Source: Methanobacteriota archaeon (GTDB taxonomy: Archaea > Thermoplasmatota > Thermoplasmata > SG8-5 > JACRNV01). From it: DNA of 64,000 nt. A model generated the notes under the pieces. It was not told the DNA's origin. It was given only the letters and a program-made list of their open reading frames with translations, and did not search any database. The stretch lies in NCBI GenBank assembly GCA_016214785.1, contig JACRNV010000005.1:21365-85364 (forward strand), given 5' to 3'. Positions 8,074 through 18,839 of this stretch are shown here, piece by piece. Within the stretch, counting starts at the first letter, position 1, and every line of letters begins with the position of its first letter. A program made the translations under genes and the position numbers.

Positions 8074-11031
8074 TTATGAGTCCCTACCATTAGGTTCTTT
8101 CTCTTGTGCATCTGTTTCTTTTTTGTTCTGATTCCGCTTTTTCTTATATTCATAATAAATCAGGTCGAATAAATTGCTTTTCACTCTTGTTCTCAATTTA
8201 TCGTTATCCACCATCTTCTTGTAGAAATTCATATTCCCATTCAATAGTTTCGTGATTTCCTCATCGAAATAATTATCGAAAATCGCAAGAACATTCTGTC
8301 TGGAATTGTGCTCGATTTTATCGATAAGATCCGGATTGTTCATCAAATTGTCCTTGAGTCTTCCCAGGAACACCTTATCATCATCTGTAAAATCCGTACC
8401 GAAAGCGTCATTCAGTTCCTGAACGATCTTTGATAACTTCTCGTATGTTTCTGGTTTATAGACACCAGCAGTGTCCGATATTGGCTTCAACTCGCCATCG
8501 GGATTGAGGATAATCTCCTTTTTTCCTTTCTTGACAATCTTGTAAGAATCCATATCAACATCTTGAAGGACATTGAAAGGTAGTGGATTGTTTATCGTCG
8601 GAAGTTTCTTCATCAGGAATTTATTGAAGATGGACATCTTTTCAAGCCGAATATCGGAAAACGGAATAAGCTGGGATAGGAACGAGTAAATGTTTTGATA
8701 TCTGCGGAGCGTCTTCTTGAATTCGATCTGGTCCTCCTTTTTCTTTGCTTTAAACTCGTTCACAATGGGGCTCAAAATGCTGTGCAATTTTGATTGGGGC
8801 ACATCTTTCTTGTAATTCTTGACAAAAATATCTATATCGTTTTCTTCGAATATCTGGAAATCCAGGAGTTTGTCCATCAATTCATAGAGTTTATGCGGAT
8901 CGGTTCCTTCGCTCAAGAAGGTGGATTCATAGTAAGGTTTAAACGCCTTTTCAATTACGTCGGTCGGATTTGCGAAATCAAGAACAAGGGTATCATTCTT
9001 GTTCGGATAAATTCGATTGGCTCTGCTGAGTGTCTGGACCGCTGCGACTCCGTTCAATCTCTTGTCAATATACATGGTGTGCAACAACGGCTGGTCAAAC
9101 CCAGTCTGGAATTTATTGGCGACAATCAGTATCTTGTATTCATCCTCGTTAAAGGCATTCGTGATTGTTTTTCTCGGCGGCAGATCGTTCATCTTGCTTT
9201 CAGTGTATTCTTGCTCATCGTGAATTACTGTACCGGTAAATGCAACCAGCGTTTTAATCTTGTAACCTTCTTCTCTGATATACTTGTCGAATGCCTTTTT
9301 GTACAGCACAGCGTGAAGTCTTGACCTTGTGACAACCATCGCCTTTGCCGTATCTCTAATCTTGTGAATGGTCGAGTTCATGAAATGGTCTAACATTATT
9401 TCCGTCTTTCTTCCAATAGCTACGGGATGCTTTTCCACGAAATTTCTGAGGAGTTTTTTCGCCTTGGATTCGTCATATTCGGGGTCATCCTCGATCTTTT
9501 TAATCAGTTTGAAATATGTTTCATAAGGTAGGTAATGCTTTAGTACATCCAGAATAAAGCCCTCCTCGATGGCCTGTTTCATTGAATACAGGTGGTAAGG
9601 ATGGTACTGGCCGTGCTGGTCTATTATTCCGAACATCTCCAGCGTCTTGTTCTTTGGGGTGGCAGTGAAGGCGAAGAAGCTCACATTCGGCAGTTTTTTT
9701 GAGGCTTCGATTTCTCTCAATATCTCCTCGTCAATCTCATCCATCCCTTCACTATCCAGCGCTTCTGCTTCTTCAAGGCTGCTTGTGGCCAGAACTTGCT
9801 TTAGTTTCTTTGCCATTGAACCGGATTGGGACGAATGAGCTTCATCGATAATTACTGCGTATTTCCTTTGGGGGAATTCCCCCATTCCCTCGAGAATGAA
9901 CGGAAATTTCTGAATTGTCGTAACGATGATGTTGCTACCGGACACCATTGCTCGTAGAAGCTGATCGGAGTCCTTTTCGATCACATCGACTATACCCTTG
10001 ACCTTCTCGATTCCTTTTATTTGGTCCTGTAGTTGTTTGTCTATAACCCGTCTGTCCGATACGACTATTACGACATTATACAACCGTTCATCGTGTGCAT
10101 CGAAGCGGTTTATCAGTCCATGCGAGAGCCAGGCTATCGTTTTGGTCTTACCGGAACCGGCACTGTGCTGTATCAGGAAGTTCGTCCCCGGTTGGCAGTC
10201 CTTGAGAAGGGAATTGACACAGTCGAGTTGATGGAACCTCGGAAAAATCGGGTGTTCGGATTTCGCATCGGGGTCTTTCTCCATGAAAATGAAGTTTGAA
10301 ACAAGCTTCGAAAGCTGGTTAATTTGAAGGATGTCCTGATGCACATATGAAGTTTTGTAGTCGCCTTCGTTCGTTGGCTCGGGATTTTCCAATCCTTTGT
10401 TGAATGGAAGGAATTTCGTTTTTTCTTTTTCTAAGCGTGTGGCCATGTATATCTTTTCATCGCTCATGGCAAAATGGACAAGACATCTGTTGAATATCGG
10501 TTCTCCTGGGTTCCTGTCCTTCTTATACTGCTCGATTGCCTTTTCCACGCCCTGGGAGAACGTATCCTTCAACTCTATGGTAAGGATTGGAAGACCATTA
10601 ATGAAAATAACGAGGTCTAAACGGTTGCCTTTTTCCCGTTCCTCGTATTCTAATTCATCTATAACCGAGAAGATGTTCTTCTCGAATTTCTCGAACAGGT
10701 CCGGATTCTTGTTGTTGTTGGGTTTGGGATAGAACAGGGCGAAATCGCAGCCCACATCCTTGAACCCGTTCCTGAGAACGTGGATAGTGCCCTTCCGGTC
10801 GATCTCCTTGACTAATCGAACCAGGAATTTCTCGTCTGCCTGGTCCTTGTACATCCTCACGAATTTTTGCCATTCCTTGCTTTGCGTTTCCTTAACAAAC
10901 TTCAGGGTCAGTTCCGGGTCCAGACAGCCTGACTTGTTGTAATTCTCGGTCGTTCTTCTCACATAGCCAGTGGAGGTCAGATGGGAGATTATGTCGTTCT
11001 GGAATGCTTTCTCGGAAGTGTCGGTTGTCAT
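8074..11031 (-). CDS. hsdR: Type I restriction endonuclease subunit R
   Basis: Nuclease motif DLVIFINGLPILTIELK; helicase motifs QHSAGSGKT, IIDEAHSSQ, FTATP, NKFQTGFDQP and QTLSRANR. Confidence 0.96.
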   Translation of the reverse strand: MTTDTSEKAFQNDIISHLTSTGYVRRTTENYNKSGCLDPELTLKFVKETQSKEWQKFVRMYKDQADEKFLVRLVKEIDRKGTIHVLRNGFKDVGCDFALFYPKPNNNKNPDLFEKFEKNIFSVIDELEYEEREKGNRLDLVIFINGLPILTIELKDTFSQGVEKAIEQYKKDRNPGEPIFNRCLVHFAMSDEKIYMATRLEKEKTKFLPFNKGLENPEPTNEGDYKTSYVHQDILQINQLSKLVSNFIFMEKDPDAKSEHPIFPRFHQLDCVNSLLKDCQPGTNFLIQHSAGSGKTKTIAWLSHGLINRFDAHDERLYNVVIVVSDRRVIDKQLQDQIKGIEKVKGIVDVIEKDSDQLLRAMVSGSNIIVTTIQKFPFILEGMGEFPQRKYAVIIDEAHSSQSGSMAKKLKQVLATSSLEEAEALDSEGMDEIDEEILREIEASKKLPNVSFFAFTATPKNKTLEMFGIIDQHGQYHPYHLYSMKQAIEEGFILDVLKHYLPYETYFKLIKKIEDDPEYDESKAKKLLRNFVEKHPVAIGRKTEIMLDHFMNSTIHKIRDTAKAMVVTRSRLHAVLYKKAFDKYIREEGYKIKTLVAFTGTVIHDEQEYTESKMNDLPPRKTITNAFNEDEYKILIVANKFQTGFDQPLLHTMYIDKRLNGVAAVQTLSRANRIYPNKNDTLVLDFANPTDVIEKAFKPYYESTFLSEGTDPHKLYELMDKLLDFQIFEENDIDIFVKNYKKDVPQSKLHSILSPIVNEFKAKKKEDQIEFKKTLRRYQNIYSFLSQLIPFSDIRLEKMSIFNKFLMKKLPTINNPLPFNVLQDVDMDSYKIVKKGKKEIILNPDGELKPISDTAGVYKPETYEKLSKIVQELNDAFGTDFTDDDKVFLGRLKDNLMNNPDLIDKIEHNSRQNVLAIFDNYFDEEITKLLNGNMNFYKKMVDNDKLRTRVKSNLFDLIYYEYKKKRNQNKKETDAQEKEPNGRDS

Positions 11032-11708
11032 TACGCTTCAACCCCTCTTACATCTACCTTACCAGTAACAACATGATGAATAAGCGATTTCCGGTATTCC
11101 TCTATAAGCCAGATCTTCCTCTCCACAAGCCCGATTTCATTATCTATTCGGGCTGTCTTGCGGTCGAGGAAGGATGCGATGGCGGATTGGTCTGGAGGGG
11201 GAGGAGAAATACATCGAATTTCTTTCAATTTTTCTCTTGTAAGATGTGCAATACTTACTCTATTAACAATAGAATTGAATAAGCCATTTTTTCCGTATGC
11301 CTCAAATAGATACAGATAATATCTTGAAATCAATGATGAATTAATAGTAACTTTATGAACAGAATTTTGAATATAGCACTCATCCAATTCATCATTCCAA
11401 ATTGCAGTTCTTCCAACTTCTCCTCCTTCTGAAACAAGAAGGTCATTCTTTTGTAATTTAAAACTGATTATCTCTCCTAATGAAAACCACATTTCATTAA
11501 TATCGGTTGAGTCGACTTGTTCCCATAAAATGTTCTGAGCCCTAAGGTAAGGTTTTAAAAAATTACCTCCATCATCTTCATTTTTTAACATTTTTCCAAG
11601 TACAATATTTGAAATGAATTTTAACTTATGTACTTCCCATCCTTCCGGTATCTCCCCGATCCACTCCACGCCGGAGTCCTTGTAAGAGGGATATGGTTTG
11701 AGGTTCAT
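11031..11708 (-). CDS. hsdS: Type I specificity subunit, half-size (single TRD)
   Basis: N-terminal YKDSGVEWIGEIPEGW, one TRD, then PPP.DQ.AIA.FLD...YRKSLIHHVVTGK; only 225 aa. Confidence 0.88.
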   Translation of the reverse strand: MNLKPYPSYKDSGVEWIGEIPEGWEVHKLKFISNIVLGKMLKNEDDGGNFLKPYLRAQNILWEQVDSTDINEMWFSLGEIISFKLQKNDLLVSEGGEVGRTAIWNDELDECYIQNSVHKVTINSSLISRYYLYLFEAYGKNGLFNSIVNRVSIAHLTREKLKEIRCISPPPPDQSAIASFLDRKTARIDNEIGLVERKIWLIEEYRKSLIHHVVTGKVDVRGVEA

Positions 11709-12679
11709 CGTAGATATGCCTCCAAGGTATTGTTTTGCTCTGGCATCACAAAACGAAATGCATCCAGATAATAATACGCATCATTTCGATAGTACGTTTT
11801 TTCATTGTTCAAATCAGTCATCTGTTTAATTTTATTTTTTGGAAAGAAACTGATTCTGAGGATTTTTGAATCGTAGTAATTCGCTCTTAATTTGTTTAGT
11901 TGCGACCTTATGTTTCGTGCTACTTCTGATTTTTTCTGAGATTGCGAAGTCATAAAAATATTGTGCCTTATGCTCCCTATGATTAAATCGATAAATTGAA
12001 TAAATTGAGCATTGTTTGGAGATGTGCCTTTTACTCTATGGTCCGAGTTAATAAACAGTATCCGATTGCTAAAAGTGATTTTTTCAGAAGACTCATATGA
12101 TATTTTGTCCAGATTTTTAGTATTAAAGAAGTAATGCCTTTCTAACTCATTTTTCTCATCATAATATATATCCCTAATTTGCACACGTGTATAGATTGAA
12201 AAGAAGGATTTTATTCCATAATTGATAAGTGTTCTAAAAAATTTGTTGTATATATTTACATTCGTTGTGTCATTACCAAAAAAAGATTTATCCAGTTTAT
12301 TTAAATCGACACAAAGAACATTAATAAATATCTCTTTGCCTTTACAAAAAGTATTCAACCATGATTTAGAGATGTTTATCAAAGAACGATTGACTCTGCC
12401 ATCTCGAATATCTGAAAAATGAATTTCGCAGTTGTTCATATCGTGCCAGTCTCTTCTGCAATTCGCTTTATTGGGGCAATCTTCATACGAGGTGTTCCAA
12501 TGCTTATTTCCTTCATTCTGGCATCTGATATTCAACAATTGAACCAATAGATTATCTTTCTTGTTGCATGGAATAAACAATGCTCCCAGAGTAATAAAGT
12601 TACAATCATCTTCAGGTTCGATTTCATCGACATAGATATCTAATTCGATTATGCTTTCTTTGGCGAATTCAAATTCCAT
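11705..12679 (-). CDS. DUF3800-like (RNase H-like fold) protein
   Basis: N-terminal IYVDE, an EIHF motif and C-terminal IQFIDLIIG match the DUF3800 pattern. Very AT-rich; overlaps hsdM and hsdS. Confidence 0.65.
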   Translation of the reverse strand: MEFEFAKESIIELDIYVDEIEPEDDCNFITLGALFIPCNKKDNLLVQLLNIRCQNEGNKHWNTSYEDCPNKANCRRDWHDMNNCEIHFSDIRDGRVNRSLINISKSWLNTFCKGKEIFINVLCVDLNKLDKSFFGNDTTNVNIYNKFFRTLINYGIKSFFSIYTRVQIRDIYYDEKNELERHYFFNTKNLDKISYESSEKITFSNRILFINSDHRVKGTSPNNAQFIQFIDLIIGSIRHNIFMTSQSQKKSEVARNIRSQLNKLRANYYDSKILRISFFPKNKIKQMTDLNNEKTYYRNDAYYYLDAFRFVMPEQNNTLEAYLR

Positions 12680-14691
12680 TATAACTCCTCTTTTTCGAGT
12701 TCTAGTATTTCCTTTGTAACTGCCTGAATGTCTGCCTCGATATCTTCCAGCGGTCTCGGTGGCTGGTATTTGTAGAAGTACTGGGTAAAGTTAATCTCGT
12801 AGCCAATCTTATCATTGTTTCTGTCCATCCAGGCATCGGGATAATAGGGCTTTACCTCTCGCTTGAAATATTCCTCTATATCTTCGCCCAGCTTGATCTT
12901 TTCGCTGTCCCGAAGGTTGCTGTCAGGTTGCTTCTTTCCTTTATTGTCCAGCACGTATTCTGCGGTATCATCGTGTTCGGATAATGCCAAGACGATATTC
13001 TTGATGAAGTTGGGTCTCAGGTCGAATTTTTTCAAGACGGTCATGACCCTCTTTTCAAATTCGTCCCAGTTCTTGTAAAGGTCTGGCCCTATAACCTTCA
13101 ATGCATGAATTATATCTTCTTGTGTTTTCTTGCCTTTCTCCTCCTCGGCCAACTTTTCCTCTATATCCTTTTTATTGCTATCGGCCAGTTTCTTGAAATC
13201 GTTCACGGAATAGAGATTTTCCAGCCGTTCTTCCGAGCAGGTATAGTTCAAGCGCATCGGTCTTTCAACCGTTACCTTGGTGAAACCGAATTCTTCCTTG
13301 GGGAATATCTTGCAGTATTCGTTCTTTTTAAACTTTGAATAGAGTTCGGTAATCTTCTTGATATCCTCGTCGCTCAGGTGATTTCTCTTGTTGCCAAGGC
13401 TCTTTCTCATCTTTTTGTAGAACGATGTGGCATTCACCAGTTGTATCTTTCCAACCCTTTCCGGGGGCTTCTCGTTGGTCAGTATCCAGACGTATGTATT
13501 GATTCCGGTATTGTAGAATAGCTGATCGGGCAGGGCAATAATGGCTTCAATATAATCGTTGTCCATCATCCATTTTCGTATGTTGCTCTCTCCGCCTCCG
13601 GCATCGCCTGTGAACAACGGGGAGCCGTTCGTAATTCCTGCGGTCCTCGATTTCTCGCCATTGACCTTCATCTTTGATATCATGTGCTGAAGGAAAAGAA
13701 GCTGTCCGTCGTTTATTCTCGGAGTGCCAGCGCCGAACCTTCCGGCAAAACCCCTCTCGGCTTCGGCCTCAACTGTCTCCTTATCTTTTTCCCATTTGGT
13801 TCCATAGGGGGGATTAGAAATGATGTAATCGAACTTCATATCCAGAAATTTGTCGTTGGAAAGAGTACTGAATGGCCCCTTGATGTTATCTGCCTGTTCG
13901 CCCTTCATCAGCATATCGGCTTTGCATACGGCGTAAATCTCCTCGTTGAGTTCCTGGCCGAAAAGAACAACAGTTCCCGAAGGATTGACCTCCTTGATGT
14001 AGTTCTTTGCGCTTGTCAGCATACCGCCAGTTCCACATGCAGGATCGTAAACGGTTCTGATGATATTCTTTTCCTTCAAACTACCGTTGAGAACGAACAT
14101 CAACTGGGTCATCAGCCTAACGACTTCCCTCGGTGTGAAGTGTTCACCAGCCTCCTCGTTGGACTGTTCCGAAAATTTTCTAATCAGTTCCTCGAATATC
14201 ATACCCATTTCGTGGTTGGAAACCTTGTCTGGATGAAGATCCACTCTTGTTTCGGAGAATTTCTTAACCAGAAGGTAGAGAAGTTCGGCTTTTGCTAGTC
14301 GTGCGATATGACTTTTGATATTGAAATTCTCGAAGATATCTTGAACGTTTGTGCTGAAGCTGTCGATGAAATGGAGCATATTCTGTTCTATATGTTCCGG
14401 GTCTTCAAGCAAAGTCTTGAAATCGTATTTAGAATAATTGTAAAAACCGAGTTGCCTGCCACCCTTATCTTTGGCAGCGGATTTTATAACGAGGTCAAGA
14501 TTGTCGAATTGGCCCTTGTATTTACTGTACGTTTTCAAAACGATTTCTTTGCTATCGGCCAGTACGGAATCAAAACGCTTCAATACTGTGAATGGAAGAA
14601 TTACCTTCTGGTATTCATTTCGTTTATAGGTTCCCCGTAAAAGGTTTGCAAGATCCCAAATGAAGCTTACCTTGTCTTGAAAATTGTTCAT
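12679..14691 (-). CDS. hsdM: Type I DNA methyltransferase subunit M (N6-adenine)
   Basis: Motifs VILPFTVLKRFD, GEHFTPREVV, YDPACGTGGML, NPPYG and LFYNTGI. Start at MNNFQ (14691). Confidence 0.96.
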   Translation of the reverse strand: MNNFQDKVSFIWDLANLLRGTYKRNEYQKVILPFTVLKRFDSVLADSKEIVLKTYSKYKGQFDNLDLVIKSAAKDKGGRQLGFYNYSKYDFKTLLEDPEHIEQNMLHFIDSFSTNVQDIFENFNIKSHIARLAKAELLYLLVKKFSETRVDLHPDKVSNHEMGMIFEELIRKFSEQSNEEAGEHFTPREVVRLMTQLMFVLNGSLKEKNIIRTVYDPACGTGGMLTSAKNYIKEVNPSGTVVLFGQELNEEIYAVCKADMLMKGEQADNIKGPFSTLSNDKFLDMKFDYIISNPPYGTKWEKDKETVEAEAERGFAGRFGAGTPRINDGQLLFLQHMISKMKVNGEKSRTAGITNGSPLFTGDAGGGESNIRKWMMDNDYIEAIIALPDQLFYNTGINTYVWILTNEKPPERVGKIQLVNATSFYKKMRKSLGNKRNHLSDEDIKKITELYSKFKKNEYCKIFPKEEFGFTKVTVERPMRLNYTCSEERLENLYSVNDFKKLADSNKKDIEEKLAEEEKGKKTQEDIIHALKVIGPDLYKNWDEFEKRVMTVLKKFDLRPNFIKNIVLALSEHDDTAEYVLDNKGKKQPDSNLRDSEKIKLGEDIEEYFKREVKPYYPDAWMDRNNDKIGYEINFTQYFYKYQPPRPLEDIEADIQAVTKEILELEKEEL

Positions 14692-14828
14692 TTCTTTTCT
14701 TCTCCCATCTGTTCTTCCATCATGATTTCGAACTGTCGGGATATTATCCAGCCCTTCTTCTTGCAAAAATCTCTGTATTTGTCGTAAAGGCCTTCATCGA
14801 CATTCAAGGTAACGTTTTTCGATGGCAT
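14688..14828 (-). CDS. Small ribbon-helix-helix (CopG/Arc-like) protein, 46 aa
   Basis: Hand translation MPSKNVTLNVDEGLYDKYRDFCKKKGWIISRQFEIMMEEQMGEEKK*; its TGA overlaps the hsdM ATG (ATGA). Confidence 0.7.
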   Translation of the reverse strand: MPSKNVTLNVDEGLYDKYRDFCKKKGWIISRQFEIMMEEQMGEEKK

Positions 14829-15104
14829 ATCAATCACACTCAAACCCACATATTATCAAAGATATTTATTTGTATCGTTCGAAGCTCTCCTTCACCGTGG
14901 TTATTGAAATTTTGGGTCTTCACGGAGTGATTCTGTTTAACCGATGTTATGCCGGAATGCGCAGCAATCTGGCTCATGTTTTTTCCTCCGTCATGGTTAA
15001 GCGAAGCCCGTCCTGTGGTTCAGGTTTCTTCTGCTTTGTGAAGGAGAATTAGAAATATTGGCTAATCGGGATTAATTGAGGGGGAAATGGCGCAAATCGA
15101 CGCG

Positions 15105-15725
15105 CTACGCCTCGCCCTTCAGGAGCTTTAGGCGGAAGATGTTCTCGCGCTCCATCTCCTCGAGGCGCTGGCGTATCATGCCCTCGCTGAGCTCAAGCCC
15201 GGGGATGATGCGGAACTCGAGCGCGTTGACCCTGCGCTTCGTCCCCTCTATCTCGTCCATGATGTGGCGCAGGGCGGTCTCGGCTTCCGCTGTCTTGACT
15301 ATCTCCTCGACGAGGTCCTCGAAGCACTCCGCTGCCTCGTCGATGTGCTCTGACGTGCCTATGACGCCGTACCCACGCTCGTCGAGCCTCTTCCGGACCC
15401 CCTTGGCCTTTATCTCGGACACGCGCACGCCCATGACCGCCTTCACCCTGACATCGAGCTCGGGCTGCTTCGTCAGCGCGAATGCCGCCGAGCGCACGCC
15501 CAGAACCCCTTCCACGCTCTTCGCCACCGCGAGCTTCTTGGACGCGACCTTGTACCTCTCCACGAGCCGGGCGCGGGCCTTGCGCGCCTCGTCCATGACG
15601 CGGAAGAGCTCGATCACGAGGCCGTCGCGCTTCATCTTCAGTATCTTGTGCCCCTTCCTGGAGAACTTGATGCGCTTCCTGACCTCCAGGAGCGCGGAGC
15701 GCGTGGGCTTGAACTCAGTCTGCAG
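15105..15725 (-). CDS. atpD: A/V-type ATP synthase subunit D
   Basis: [31 protein letters not shown] and [13 protein letters not shown]. Homology extends upstream of the listed ATG; probable CTG start. Confidence 0.92.
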   Translation of the reverse strand: MQTEFKPTRSALLEVRKRIKFSRKGHKILKMKRDGLVIELFRVMDEARKARARLVERYKVASKKLAVAKSVEGVLGVRSAAFALTKQPELDVRVKAVMGVRVSEIKAKGVRKRLDERGYGVIGTSEHIDEAAECFEDLVEEIVKTAEAETALRHIMDEIEGTKRRVNALEFRIIPGLELSEGMIRQRLEEMERENIFRLKLLKGEA

Positions 15726-17106
15726 GGGCGCCCCCCCTGTACCTCGGGTGGTAGGTGTCGATGGTCCTGCGGTCTATCTTGGTGAGCGAGTCCTCGGGGA
15801 GGTTGGCCAGGAGGCCCCAGCACGCGTCCAGGGTATCGTGGATGCCGCGGTTCTCGTCGCGCCCCTGGCGCACGAGCGTCTTCTCGAAGCCGTCGGCGAA
15901 CTCGAGGAAGAGGCGGTCCCTCTCGGACAGCGATTCCTTCCCGATGATGGCCACGAGCCCCCGAAGGTCGCGCCCTTCCGCATATGCGGCGTAGCACTGG
16001 TCCGAGACCTGCTTGTGGTCGGCGCGCGTCATCTTCGGACCTATCCCCGCGTCCATGAGCCTGGAGAGCGAGCCGCCGATATCTATTGGCGGGTAGATGC
16101 CCCCGCGCTGCAGGTCCCTGGAGACGATGAGCTGCCCCTCGGTGATGTAGGCCGTGAGGTCGGGTATCGGGTGGTTGATGTCGTCGTCGGGCATCGTCAG
16201 GATGGGTATCTGCGTGATGGACCCGCGCTTGCCGTGAATCCTGCCAGCCCTCTCGTATATCGAGGCAAGGTCTGTGTACATGTATCCCGGATACCCGCGC
16301 CTGCCCGGCACTTCCTCCCTGGCCGAGCCTATCTGGCGCAGGGCCTCGCAGTAGTTCGTTATATCGGTCAGGATGACTAGCACGTGCATCTCCTTCTCGA
16401 ACGCCAGGTACTCCGCCGCTGTCAGCGCCATCCGCGGCGTGACCATGCGCTCCACGACGGGGTCGTTGGCGAGGTTGAGGAAGAGCACTGCCCTTTTCAA
16501 AGCACCGGTGCGCTCGAAGTCGGCCGTGAACTCCTGCGCCTCCTCGTGGGTGATGCCCATCGCGCCGAAGACGACGGCGAAGTCCTCAGCGCCTGCGAGG
16601 ACGCGCGCCTGCCGCGCTATCTGGAGCGCGACCTGGTTGTGGCTCAGGCCCGAGCCCGAGAAGATGGGCAGCTTCTGCCCCCTGACGAGGGTGTTCATAC
16701 CGTCTATGGTCGAGATGCCGGTCTGAATGAACTCGCTGGGCCTCACCCTCGCGTACGGGTTGATCGCGCTGCCCAGGATGTCCAGCTCCTTCTCCGGCAC
16801 TATCGGCGGGCCGTTGTCCCGCACGTCGCCCGAGCCGGAGAAGACCCGCCCGACCATCTCCCCCGAGACGCCGAGGCGTATCGTCTTCCCCAGGAAACGA
16901 ACCCTGGAATTGAAGTCTATTCCGGAGGAGCCCTCGAAGACCTGGACGACCACGATGTCCTTCGAGGAATCGAGGACCTGCCCGCGCTTTACGGTGCCGT
17001 CGGGGAGCATGAACTGGACGAGCTCGCCGAACGCCACGTTGCCCACGCCCTCGACGAAGACGAGCGGCCCCGCTATCCTGGAGATCGTCCTGTACTCCTT
17101 CCTCAC
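15715..17106 (-). CDS. atpB: A/V-type ATP synthase subunit B
   Basis: GTG start (VRKEYRTI). Motifs [27 protein letters not shown] and [18 protein letters not shown]. Confidence 0.96.
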   Translation of the reverse strand: MRKEYRTISRIAGPLVFVEGVGNVAFGELVQFMLPDGTVKRGQVLDSSKDIVVVQVFEGSSGIDFNSRVRFLGKTIRLGVSGEMVGRVFSGSGDVRDNGPPIVPEKELDILGSAINPYARVRPSEFIQTGISTIDGMNTLVRGQKLPIFSGSGLSHNQVALQIARQARVLAGAEDFAVVFGAMGITHEEAQEFTADFERTGALKRAVLFLNLANDPVVERMVTPRMALTAAEYLAFEKEMHVLVILTDITNYCEALRQIGSAREEVPGRRGYPGYMYTDLASIYERAGRIHGKRGSITQIPILTMPDDDINHPIPDLTAYITEGQLIVSRDLQRGGIYPPIDIGGSLSRLMDAGIGPKMTRADHKQVSDQCYAAYAEGRDLRGLVAIIGKESLSERDRLFLEFADGFEKTLVRQGRDENRGIHDTLDACWGLLANLPEDSLTKIDRRTIDTYHPRYRGGAPAD

Positions 17107-18839
17107 TGGATCACCTCCATCTTGCGGAACTCGTCCTCCATCTGCGCGACCGTCCTGGCGATCTCGTCGTCGGCGTCCTTCTCGTACTTGGCCTTGGACA
17201 GCCGCTCGCGCGACTGGAGCGACGACACCTGCTGCACGGGGACGCCGAGCTTCACGGCCTTCTCCCCCAGTCCCCCGAATCGCCTGATGGCGTTCAGGAG
17301 CGCGTACTGGCGCTGCATGGGGCAGAATGTGTCCACATCGTGATAGGCGTTCTGCTGCAGGAAGTACTCGCGTATCATCCTCGCCACGACCAGCAGGAGC
17401 CGCTGCTCTTCGGGCAGGGCATCGGAGCCGACGAGCTGCACGACCTCCTGCAATTCCGCTTCGCGCTGCAGCACCCCCATCGCCCACGCCGAGAGGGCGC
17501 GCCAATCAGATTTAACGTTCTTGGTGAACCAGTCCTCGAGCTTGTCCGCGTAGAGGCTGTAGCTCGTGAGCCAGTTGATCGACGGGAAGTGCCTGCGCTC
17601 CCTGAGCTTCGTGTCCAGCGCCCAGAAGACCTTGACGAACCTGAGAGTGCCCTGGGTGACTGGCTCCGAGAAGTCTCCGCCGGGCGGCGAGACGGCGCCG
17701 ATGGTGGAAATCGAGCCCTCCTTGCCCGAGAGAGCCTTGACGCGCCCGGCCCTCTCATAGAATTCCGCAAGCCTGGACGACAGGTAGGCGGGATAGCCCT
17801 CCTCGCCGGGCATCTCCTCGAGCCTGGAGGATATCTCGCGCATGGCCTCGGCCCATCTGGACGTGCTGTCGGCCATGAGCGCGACGTCGTAGCCCATGTC
17901 CCTGAAATATTCCGCGATCGTGATTCCGGTATAGACAGACGCCTCCCGCGCTGCGACGGGCATGTTGGACGTGTTCGCGATGAGCACCGTGCGCTGCATC
18001 AGCGGAGCGCCAGTCCTCGGGTCCAGGAGTCTGGGAAATGCCTCGAGGACTTCCGTCATCTCATTTCCCCTCTCGCCGCATCCGACGTAGACGACGACGT
18101 CCGCGTCGCTCCACTTGGCGAGCTGGTGCTGGGTGACGGTCTTGCCAGTCCCGAAACCGCCCGGGATGGCCGCGGTGCCCCCCTTGGCGAGCGGGAAGAA
18201 CGTGTCGAGCACCCTCTGGCCCGTGACCATCGGGAACTCGGGCGGCAGCTTGTCCCGCACCGGGCGCGGGACGCGCACGGGCCATCGCTGCATCATGGAG
18301 ATCGTGGAGCCGCCCTCTAATATGCACACGACGGCCTCGACGTTGAACGTCCCCTCGCGGATGTCCGCGACCTTTCCCGATATCCCCGCTGGGACGAGTA
18401 TCCTGTGCGAGAAGTGCTTCGTTTCTTGGACGGACCCGATGACGGCGCCGGGCGCGACCGCGTCCCCCCTCTTCAGCGTCGGGACAAAGTGCCACTGCGC
18501 GCTCCTGCTGAGGCCGGGGGCGGTCAGGCCCCTCGAAATGTACTCGCCGGACTTCTCTACAAGGACTGGGAGAGGCCTCTGAACGCCGTCATATATGGAG
18601 GAAAGCAATCCCGGGCCAAGCTCCACTGCGAGCGGCGCCCCCGTCTCCTCGACGGGCTCGCCGGGGCGCAGCCCGATGGTCTCCTCGTACACCTGGACGA
18701 CCGTGCGCTCCCCCTCTATCCTGATGACCTCGCCCATGAGGCGCTCGTTCCCGACTAGGACGACGTCGTTCATCCTCGGCCTTATGCCCGTCGCGGTCAC
18801 CACTGGACCGGCAATCCTGAAAATCTGCCCGGTTGCCAT
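17103..18839 (-). CDS. atpA: A/V-type ATP synthase subunit A
   Basis: Walker A GGFGTGKT; motifs [22 protein letters not shown] and [13 protein letters not shown]. Confidence 0.97.
   Translation of the reverse strand: MATGQIFRIAGPVVTATGIRPRMNDVVLVGNERLMGEVIRIEGERTVVQVYEETIGLRPGEPVEETGAPLAVELGPGLLSSIYDGVQRPLPVLVEKSGEYISRGLTAPGLSRSAQWHFVPTLKRGDAVAPGAVIGSVQETKHFSHRILVPAGISGKVADIREGTFNVEAVVCILEGGSTISMMQRWPVRVPRPVRDKLPPEFPMVTGQRVLDTFFPLAKGGTAAIPGGFGTGKTVTQHQLAKWSDADVVVYVGCGERGNEMTEVLEAFPRLLDPRTGAPLMQRTVLIANTSNMPVAAREASVYTGITIAEYFRDMGYDVALMADSTSRWAEAMREISSRLEEMPGEEGYPAYLSSRLAEFYERAGRVKALSGKEGSISTIGAVSPPGGDFSEPVTQGTLRFVKVFWALDTKLRERRHFPSINWLTSYSLYADKLEDWFTKNVKSDWRALSAWAMGVLQREAELQEVVQLVGSDALPEEQRLLLVVARMIREYFLQQNAYHDVDTFCPMQRQYALLNAIRRFGGLGEKAVKLGVPVQQVSSLQSRERLSKAKYEKDADDEIARTVAQMEDEFRKMEVIQ

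Larger units (their letters stand above)
6770..15100. mobile_element. AT-rich defence island (Type I R-M) inserted between glnA and atpD; boundaries approximate
   Basis: Abrupt drop in GC relative to the flanking housekeeping genes; R-M cargo and gene remnants. No integrase seen. Confidence 0.7.

Noticed and set aside
14830-15100. Short ORFs at the right edge of the island (e.g. MSQIAAHSG... on the minus strand)
   Set aside because: No recognisable motif; cannot be supported as genes from sequence alone.
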